Notes under the pieces: model-generated | What the model was told of the DNA's origin: nothing | Seen by the model: the letters and a program-made list of their open reading frames with translations, nothing else | Databases searched by the model: none | Translations under genes and position numbers: made by a program | DNA from: a virus | Lineage: Duplodnaviria; Caudoviricetes | DNA length: 33,836 nt | IMG/VR virus record: IMGVR_UViG_3300027969_000262 | Coordinates: 1 to 33,836 of that record | Reading direction: 5' to 3' (one strand) | In this document: piece after piece, positions 27,561 to 33,836 of the stretch | Numbering within the stretch: position 1 is the stretch's first letter | Layout: every line of letters starts with the position of its first letter

Positions 27561-28160
27561 TTACGAAGTTGCAGTAGTCGAAAATGTTACCGACACAGTA
27601 TCTCCGGCAGTTACAGTTTTAGACACAGAAAAATTACCTTCTGAATATAATATACCAGCAGTCGAACTTAGTGTACTTACAGCACCTGTACCTGTTACTA
27701 AGAAACAACCGTAAACTGTACCACCACCACCTGTAATAGTATAAATAACTGCAGTTGCCGCAGAAGTTGTAACGTTAGTCGGAGTTGTTCCAGACGAGGT
27801 AGCTGATGCAAACACCGCTGTTCCACGGACTGATGAGCCACCAACTGTGTAGTTAGTAAACTCTGACCATGTGTGGGAAGCCATTGTATCAGCCGCAGCA
27901 AATGTTGTGCTATTACCGATTAGTCCTAAGAATGGTCCAACAACAGTATAAGCAGAGCCTTTTAAAAATGTATCAAGCATTAACTGTTTACCTACAGCTA
28001 CAACTAGGTTAGGAAATTTTTCTTCCCATTTTAAGTTGCCCTCGGCATCACGGCACTCTACTTCATAAAAACCCTCTACACCCATTCCTTCAGGAATAAT
28101 TGCATTTGCTTGTAATGAGGCCACAGTTATGTCACCGCAGCTTGCTTTTTCGTTTCTCAT
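27561..28160 (-). CDS. virion structural protein (tail-associated, 199 aa)
   Basis: G.YEVECRD..GNLKW....NLVV..GK and K.V.AGDT.SVT motifs; SD AGGAG. Confidence 0.7.
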   Translation of the reverse strand: MRNEKASCGDITVASLQANAIIPEGMGVEGFYEVECRDAEGNLKWEEKFPNLVVAVGKQLMLDTFLKGSAYTVVGPFLGLIGNSTTFAAADTMASHTWSEFTNYTVGGSSVRGTAVFASATSSGTTPTNVTTSAATAVIYTITGGGGTVYGCFLVTGTGAVSTLSSTAGILYSEGNFSVSKTVTAGDTVSVTFSTTATS

Positions 28161-28168
28161 AATTTCTC

Positions 28169-28492
28169 CTAAATAAATTGTTTTCTTACTAAAAAATTTA
28201 ATACATTATAAACTGTCTGGTATAGCCCTGCAAAGTTAATTTCTACTTCACCTTCATATTGTCCGGGATCTACATTTAAAGTATTTCCGGGAAAATTAAA
28301 TTTAACTAATCCATCTGAACCAGTATTTACATTTGTGCATGTAATAGTAGATAAAGTAGTTGTTGTATTAACAGCCCTAAATTTAACTGTAACAGTAGCC
28401 GTACTTACATCCACTGCAGTTCCGTCAGGGTTGGTTAATGTCATTCTTATAAAAGGTAAGTTGTCGCCTTGGACTAGTTTAATTACGCTCAT
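28169..28492 (-). CDS. BppU-N-like Ig-fold tail protein
   Basis: LVQGDNLP.I..TL...G..VD ... G.YEGEVEI pattern. Confidence 0.7.
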   Translation of the reverse strand: MSVIKLVQGDNLPFIRMTLTNPDGTAVDVSTATVTVKFRAVNTTTTLSTITCTNVNTGSDGLVKFNFPGNTLNVDPGQYEGEVEINFAGLYQTVYNVLNFLVRKQFI

Positions 28493-29154
28493 ACAAACCT
28501 CTGATATTCGGCTTTAACGGAGTCTCTAGAAAGACCTTTAGTAATTCTTTCACGGCATTCGCTGATTCCGTATTTAAACATACGATAGTATTGGTCAGCG
28601 GCTCCTCTATCATAATACGCTTGTTTTGGTGTGCTGTATAGTCTTGACCTAGCTCCAAAACTAATTACTTCTAAAAATTGTTCGTAAATCTCGGAATCAA
28701 CCTCCGTAGAATCTCTTGTTGGTGCAATAGAAACACGACATCTTAAAAAATCTGTTGATAATACAGTTGCAGGATAAGGAACAACTACAATTTCAGGCAT
28801 AATTAACCTAGTTATATAAGCAGGGTTTGCTTTTACATCTCTCCAGTCAGCCATACGATAAATACCTGCTAATTCATCGCTAGACTTTGGTATTAATAAA
28901 ACATCATTATAATAACATACTTCTGGTAGTACAAACTTAGTACTTTCTGGGGTATTAATAAAATAAGAAGATTCCCCAGTTACTAAAGGTATGTATGGTA
29001 TATCTATTTGTAAATATCTAGTACGTTCACAAAATTCAATGCAAGCGTTTCTAATAGCATTAATAGCTATTAAGTCTGCAACATCAGGAACAAATTGCAT
29101 AACCTCTGGCAAAAATTGCTCGTAAGGTACTGAATATCCGTAAGTTTGACTCAT
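28489..29154 (-). CDS. head-tail adaptor / tail tubular A-like protein
   Basis: P.V...VP ... AIRNACIEFCERT; GA.SRL...P; ATGA overlaps with neighbours. Confidence 0.7.
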   Translation of the reverse strand: MSQTYGYSVPYEQFLPEVMQFVPDVADLIAINAIRNACIEFCERTRYLQIDIPYIPLVTGESSYFINTPESTKFVLPEVCYYNDVLLIPKSSDELAGIYRMADWRDVKANPAYITRLIMPEIVVVPYPATVLSTDFLRCRVSIAPTRDSTEVDSEIYEQFLEVISFGARSRLYSTPKQAYYDRGAADQYYRMFKYGISECRERITKGLSRDSVKAEYQRFV

Positions 29155-29837
29155 GATCCAGATCCCGGTTTATCAGGGGTAATACTTCCCATTTGTTGAT
29201 TTGGAGAGTTCTTAACTTCTTGGTCAGATTTAGCACCCATAGTAGCCATAAATGTTTGCAAATAACCAGCAGCAAGTGTAACTCCAGCTGCGTATTCCGC
29301 ATCTTTGCTATTAGCTCTGTAAAGAATGTAATCTAAAATTGCTGTTTGGAATATATCATTTACAGAAATAGTAGAATTTTCTGAAGCTAAATCAGTTGGA
29401 ATAGGCGAATAATTAATTTGTACATACCCTTTGCCGTTGTTTGGCGGGTAAACATAAAAAGCTGTTTGGTCTTGTTGATCAAATAAATAGTTTAATGGCA
29501 CTGTAGTCGGTGTAGAAGAATGCCAGTTAGGATTAAAGTCGTTTAAAACTTGTTGAGATATAATTCTTGGGACTCTTCCGGGTGTTGTTCCTGTAATTCC
29601 CATATATCTAATAATATCTAAAAGTGTCCATCCGTCTGAAGGTATAGACTGTCTAGTTCCAGCTACTAATTGAATTGTTGTTACTTTATTAGTCGCATTA
29701 GGCGACATAACTGTAATTTGTCTCTGAGCGTCATTAACCCACCCTAACAGTTCAGTTCTAGTCCAGCGAATATTTCCTGTATCTAGTAATTGTACTGAAG
29801 CTTTGTCAATAATCGATTTTGCTGTTATTGTTCCCAT
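29151..29837 (-). CDS. head-tail adaptor protein (DUF6682-like)
   Basis: L.D....RWT..ELL.WVNDAQR; L.AGTRQ.IP; FYVYPP; DYILYRA.SKDAEY. Confidence 0.75.
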   Translation of the reverse strand: MGTITAKSIIDKASVQLLDTGNIRWTRTELLGWVNDAQRQITVMSPNATNKVTTIQLVAGTRQSIPSDGWTLLDIIRYMGITGTTPGRVPRIISQQVLNDFNPNWHSSTPTTVPLNYLFDQQDQTAFYVYPPNNGKGYVQINYSPIPTDLASENSTISVNDIFQTAILDYILYRANSKDAEYAAGVTLAAGYLQTFMATMGAKSDQEVKNSPNQQMGSITPDKPGSGS

Positions 29838-29853
29838 AACCTTTGTGTGTAGT

Positions 29854-29869
29854 AGGGGCCGAAGCCCCT
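29854..29869 (-). terminator. stable cUUCGg hairpin after the decoration gene (weak terminator or mRNA stabiliser)
   Basis: Minus strand AGGGGC-TTCG-GCCCCT; no U-tract on the coding strand. Confidence 0.55.
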
Positions 29870-29873
29870 TTTA

Positions 29874-30236
29874 TTACGCTGAAAGAACCGAATACCAATT
29901 TCTGCCGTCTCTTGAAACAAATTCTGCATTTTTAGTAGTAGCAATAGATAAACTACCGTTTGAAGAACCGTTCATAGTTCCACCAACAGGTGCGTATACT
30001 AATAAAGCATTTGCCCCACCGTTACGAACAAGAATACGAGCTCCATCGGCAAAAGCTAAAATTGCGCCAGTACCTGATGCTACAGTACCAAATACGTTTA
30101 CATCTGCAGTAATAGCTAAAGCAGTTGCTTGTGTAGAACCAGCGGCTGTTAAGCCAGTAGTTACATCTCCACATACAACTTGTTCGGCTGCTTCTGCCCA
30201 CATCCCTAATGCAACAAGTTTTAATTGCGTTGTCAT
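29874..30236 (-). CDS. putative capsid decoration/cement protein
   Basis: Ala/Gly/Thr-rich 120 aa immediately after the MCP; SD AGGAG. Confidence 0.65.
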   Translation of the reverse strand: MTTQLKLVALGMWAEAAEQVVCGDVTTGLTAAGSTQATALAITADVNVFGTVASGTGAILAFADGARILVRNGGANALLVYAPVGGTMNGSSNGSLSIATTKNAEFVSRDGRNWYSVLSA

Positions 30237-30256
30237 ACAAATCTCCTAAGTAGATT

Positions 30257-30276
30257 GGGTGGGAATTACCCCACCC
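30257..30276 (-). other. GC-rich hairpin after the major capsid gene
   Basis: GGGTGGG-AATTAC-CCCACCC, 6 nt past the MCP stop. Confidence 0.5.
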
Positions 30277-30282
30277 GTTTTA

Positions 30283-31287
30283 TTAACCTGCTGCTACTAA
30301 TAGAGCAACTGCGTCAGCCTGAGTTACTTTGTATCCGTAAACATTTAAGCCACGAACTAATGTACCAAAGTCGTTAGGGTTTTGCAAGCTTTCTACACGA
30401 GCGATTTGTGATGCAAAGCTAATACCAGCCTTGTGTCCGGCCATTACAGCATGACGCTTGAGGAATGTAGAAGCACTTGTTTGTGTACCATCCCAGTTGT
30501 AAGTAGCTGCTGCACGTGGCAACAAGTTAGATACATAAACTGTGAAACGGTCAATCATACCAATCTTACCATTACGGAGGATTGAAGATGCATCACCCAT
30601 AAACTGAGCTTGAGCTAGGTTAGATTGCATGAGAACTTGACGCTCGATTGGGCTAATAACTAACCAACGATCAGTTTCAGGAATGTTTGCTTCGTCTAAT
30701 ACTGAAGACAATGCAGTGATGTTCTGAAGGATGTTAGCAGCTGTTAGTGTAACAGGAGCAGCATCAGTACCTAGGTTAAAAGAAGCAGAAATCTTACCGG
30801 CTGTAGAACCTTGGTTTGTTGCCGCACCTTGGTTAAATGTGCCTAGTAAAACATCAGTATCAATCTGAATCTTCATCTGCATAGCAGCATCATTAGTGAA
30901 AACATCCATTAACTTAGGCTTAGATTGTAGTTCGAGAACGTTATTAACGTTTACACCGAAATACTTACCTTTGTTAATTGACAAAGTGATTGTGCTTGGA
31001 GCAGGAATCTCATATGCCAAGTTTTGACCAATAGTGTAGTTATTGATTGTGATTGTTGGGATAGTGTTGATGATAACAGAGTCACCAATACCAGAGATGT
31101 CGCCTTGCCAATCAGTATTAGCGATTTCGCCAAAAACAGTAGCAGCGTAAAATTTTTGAGCTAATTTTCCAGACCATAAGGTAGGAATAAAAGTTCCAGA
31201 ATAAGCAGTACCAGAGTAAGTGGTAGCGCCATTAGGTGCGTAAAAATTCCCTACAGGGTATTGTGCGCCAGCGGTAATAGTAGACAT
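30283..31287 (-). CDS. major capsid protein (HK97 fold)
   Basis: FIPTLWSGKL, NTDWQGDI..GDSV.I, R.LV.SP, NG.IG.IDRF.VY.SN and VRGLNVYG.KV motifs; strong SD. Confidence 0.92.
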   Translation of the reverse strand: MSTITAGAQYPVGNFYAPNGATTYSGTAYSGTFIPTLWSGKLAQKFYAATVFGEIANTDWQGDISGIGDSVIINTIPTITINNYTIGQNLAYEIPAPSTITLSINKGKYFGVNVNNVLELQSKPKLMDVFTNDAAMQMKIQIDTDVLLGTFNQGAATNQGSTAGKISASFNLGTDAAPVTLTAANILQNITALSSVLDEANIPETDRWLVISPIERQVLMQSNLAQAQFMGDASSILRNGKIGMIDRFTVYVSNLLPRAAATYNWDGTQTSASTFLKRHAVMAGHKAGISFASQIARVESLQNPNDFGTLVRGLNVYGYKVTQADAVALLVAAG

Positions 31288-31343
31288 AAATTCTCCTTTA
31301 ATTGTCTAATTTTAAAATCCACTATTACCATTGGTTTATTCGA

Positions 31344-32312
31344 CTATCGAATTCTTCCTTCAGTAATAGCAGCGTGTATTTCTTTTTCCATCTTAACCGC
31401 CTCATCATTTTCGATCAGTCCACGTCGCCATTCATCATAAAATAACGCTATTTCTTTTTCATTAAAATAACGGCCATTTTGTTGATCAACCGGTTGTGAC
31501 GCTGAACGTGAGCGAGTCGGTGCAACTTGACGTTGAAGTTCTGGATTTAATTGTTGTCTTTCCAGTTTAGCAGGAAACAATGATTTATAAGCTTTAAAAA
31601 TAGTCGCAACACGATTTGTTTCTAAATTCTCATAAGCATTATTCAATGCAACTTGGCGTGGCATTCCGTACACAGGATCTACTTCTTGTAACCAATTTAA
31701 GAACCCTTGATCATAATTCAAAGTTTCCCAATCTGGTACTTGTTGTGCTAATCCATTCAAGAATCTATCTTTATCAGATACAACTTGACGTTCGGATACA
31801 TTGCCTAACTGGTTTTCCAACTCTTTGACTCTACTTACTAGGTCTGACTCTCTATTGTGCATATTTTGCACATTGGCTACTTTAGATTGTGCAGCACGTT
31901 CTATCAAATCAATTAAATCTGGTCCAAAAGCTTCTCTATCTTGTTCAGTGATTAGAGACTCGACTAATTTAGCTGGTTCTGGCTGTTGAACTTTGGCTCT
32001 TTCAACTTCGCCTATAAGTGTCTGCACTTGCGTGTTTAACTCACGGACTTGTGAATGTAACCTTGGTACTTCAGCATCATACATACCTTTTAAAGTGTGG
32101 TATTTTTGCGACCACAAATCATCAGATACTGAATCAACTTGCTTAGTTTGCTCTTGCGAAACAGTATTTTCCTTGGGCTCAACAGGGTCTGGTGGTAGAT
32201 CTGTATTTAAGTTAGTCTCCGGTGGTTGTACATCGGTCTGATTTAAATCCATCTCTGCTACTAAACGATCTGCTTCTTCAACTTGTTGTTGTACTGCCTT
32301 TGGCAATGCCAT
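31344..32312 (-). CDS. capsid scaffolding protein
   Basis: Acidic/coiled-coil; KY.TLKGMYDAEVPRL; VPDW..LN.D.GF..WL; C-terminal EGRIR; lies between portal and MCP. Confidence 0.82.
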   Translation of the reverse strand: MALPKAVQQQVEEADRLVAEMDLNQTDVQPPETNLNTDLPPDPVEPKENTVSQEQTKQVDSVSDDLWSQKYHTLKGMYDAEVPRLHSQVRELNTQVQTLIGEVERAKVQQPEPAKLVESLITEQDREAFGPDLIDLIERAAQSKVANVQNMHNRESDLVSRVKELENQLGNVSERQVVSDKDRFLNGLAQQVPDWETLNYDQGFLNWLQEVDPVYGMPRQVALNNAYENLETNRVATIFKAYKSLFPAKLERQQLNPELQRQVAPTRSRSASQPVDQQNGRYFNEKEIALFYDEWRRGLIENDEAVKMEKEIHAAITEGRIR

Positions 32313-32323
32313 TTCTCTCTCCT

Positions 32324-32429
32324 TAGCTCCGGCTACGCTTCACACTCCGCCTCAACGGTATGTGTTTGTCGCTTACGGTCTGCTACTACGGGTTTGTAAA
32401 TACGTTTAAAGCTCCACTGGGGTATGCTT
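32324..32429 (-). promoter_or_regulatory. candidate structured cis-regulatory RNA leader of the scaffold gene
   Basis: Three helices share the same C-A(U/G)A-CC / GG-A-G internal loop; the outer helix abuts the SD. Confidence 0.5.
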
Positions 32430-32657
32430 CTAGCGTCTCATTTTGACAATTAATGCTTCCGCATTTTCGACTAAATCAAGAATTTCCTTGTAAGCCCCGG
32501 CTTCGCCTTGTAACCGGTAAATCTTTTCTACATCGGTAACTTGTGCCATCATTTCTAGAGATTCCTGCCGTTTGGCTCTGAAATACTCTGTAAGGTGATC
32601 GAACTCAGGTCCCCGTAAAAACGTGAAGCATCTAGCTACACGCTCATCAATTCTCAT
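32430..32657 (-). CDS. hypothetical protein (Bbp19-like position after portal; IYRLQG motif)
   Basis: 75-aa helical ORF, TAATG-coupled to the upstream gene. Confidence 0.75.
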   Translation of the reverse strand: MRIDERVARCFTFLRGPEFDHLTEYFRAKRQESLEMMAQVTDVEKIYRLQGEAGAYKEILDLVENAEALIVKMRR

Positions 32658-32848
32658 TACTTACACATGCCGTCAGTTTTAGCTGATTCCTGTGCATAAC
32701 CTTCGCTACGGGACATATAAAAGTCACTCATACTTGGGGCACTACCTAGGCCAGTTTGTCCGCCTTTGCACATACCATCAGTCTTAGCAGACTCTTGTGC
32801 ATACTCGTCTTTTCCGCCACGTTTTAACTTATTAAAAATTTCAGCCAT
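32657..32848 (-). CDS. small protein with internal duplication YAQESAKTDGMCK x2
   Basis: SD AAAGGAG; exact 13-aa repeat with synonymous DNA differences. Confidence 0.75.
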   Translation of the reverse strand: MAEIFNKLKRGGKDEYAQESAKTDGMCKGGQTGLGSAPSMSDFYMSRSEGYAQESAKTDGMCK

Positions 32849-32881
32849 TTTAGGCTCCTTTCAATTTAAATGCTACAAACT

Positions 32882-32912
32882 ACTATATAAACAAAATTAT
32901 ACTCTTTGTCAA
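32882..32912 (-). promoter_or_regulatory. possible sigma70-like promoter for the head genes
   Basis: Perfect TTGACA (32907-32912). The -10 is either TATAGT at 19 nt or TATATA at 17 nt; both are suboptimal. Confidence 0.35.
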
Positions 32913-32914
32913 CT

Positions 32915-33836
32915 TTATTGTTCAAATCTATTTACAACAGGTGCATTATTCATCAATTGCGCACCCCCGGGAGGGGCTGGAGGTGTTCCACCTGCTTGAG
33001 ACTGACCACTCTTTTGCGCCATTTCCATCTGTTGCATTTGTTGCATTTGCATTTGTTGCTGTTGTGCTGCTGCTTCTTTCTGTTTAATTACATACTCAGA
33101 AGGAATAATTTCGTCTACATTTAAATCTAAAGTCTTAGCAGACTGTCTTAACAATTCAGCAATACCTTCCATACCAATAACTTGTTGTGCAATCGGACTA
33201 TTCAGAGCTACAGTCAAGAACTCATTACGACGTTGCTGAGCAGCTTCTTTTTCTAGTAAACTTGCAGCACCACGAGCTTGTATATGTATATCACCTTTTA
33301 AGTCCATATCGTCACTATACCGCATATTGTAATAGTATAAACGATCAATACATGGTTTGACTACGTGCTCATCAATATTTGCAATAACTTGTTTGATGGA
33401 TTTACCAGCATTTGTCATTAACATAGACATACCAGAAGCAGTTCTTCCAGCCCCGCCTGTGGGCGATCCGCCAGTCATATAACGTGGTATGCCTGTATAT
33501 TCATCAGCTAAAGTAGCAAATTTTTCATATACAGTTAATAGTTCGTTAGCTTGCGAGTTCGGTTGGTAAAAACTTACTGGTGCTTGGTTGCCATTAATAG
33601 GATCGCTTGTAACTTGCCAAATCTTCCATGGGAATATCTGTGTTACGTTTTCTCCCGGAGGTAGTCTGTCAATGTTATACACTACTTGTGGTCCTGAGGC
33701 TAATCCCATATTGTTTACGAGAGCCCTTGCAGCAGCATTACAGATATCTTGGGTATCACGACATAGGTCAGCTACCGAATTACCCCAGAACGCACCCGGA
33801 ACCTCTTCATATGAGGCTTTATAGTATGGTTTACGG
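32915..33836 (-). CDS. portal protein, C-terminal part (5' end outside the window)
   Basis: Frame stays open to the window edge (RKPYYKASYEEVPGAFWG..NAAARALVNNMGLASGP); GAGRTASGMSML motif; Q/M-rich tail. Confidence 0.9.
   Translation of the reverse strand, partial: RKPYYKASYEEVPGAFWGNSVADLCRDTQDICNAAARALVNNMGLASGPQVVYNIDRLPPGENVTQIFPWKIWQVTSDPINGNQAPVSFYQPNSQANELLTVYEKFATLADEYTGIPRYMTGGSPTGGAGRTASGMSMLMTNAGKSIKQVIANIDEHVVKPCIDRLYYYNMRYSDDMDLKGDIHIQARGAASLLEKEAAQQRRNEFLTVALNSPIAQQVIGMEGIAELLRQSAKTLDLNVDEIIPSEYVIKQKEAAAQQQQMQMQQMQQMEMAQKSGQSQAGGTPPAPPGGAQLMNNAPVVNRFEQ

Noticed and set aside
29803-30249. 148-aa + strand ORF
   Set aside because: Antisense shadow of the decoration gene; no SD.
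30236-30290. Programmed frameshift or read-through extending the MCP
   Set aside because: Tandem TAATAA stops, no slippery heptamer, and the next gene has its own SD.
32319-32416. CsrA/RsmA sites (multiple GGAG) in the scaffold leader
   Set aside because: Only the SD matches ANGGA; the other GGAs fit paired or internal-loop positions better.

Overview
This window is about 34 kb of a tailed dsDNA phage genome (Caudoviricetes) with a podovirus-like, BPP-1/P22-style morphogenesis layout and low GC. On the + strand are the acidic tail of an upstream gene, a small ORF and a 984-aa AEP primase / DUF927 helicase, ending at an intrinsic terminator. On the - strand is one long late region: portal (partial), scaffold, major capsid, decoration protein, two adaptors, tail-fibre genes, a Dps/ferritin-like gene, a lysis cassette (holin and GH108 endolysin), nozzle, GNAT and three ejection-type proteins. 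The last of these is a 2803-aa polyvalent protein. The most striking observation is three +1-frame ORFs overprinted inside the giant gene, in GC-elevated linker segments. Two have a strong SD, the third is stop-start coupled, and one (MPFKSKAQ...) resembles a small basic protein I recall as a stand-alone phage gene. The giant protein also carries an L,D-transpeptidase-like catalytic domain, plus HTH-like, zincin and ART-PolyVal-like modules. Other candidates are a structured leader with three identical internal-loop modules before the scaffold gene and an anti-SD sRNA after the primase. All family assignments come from motif recognition by eye; no searches were run.
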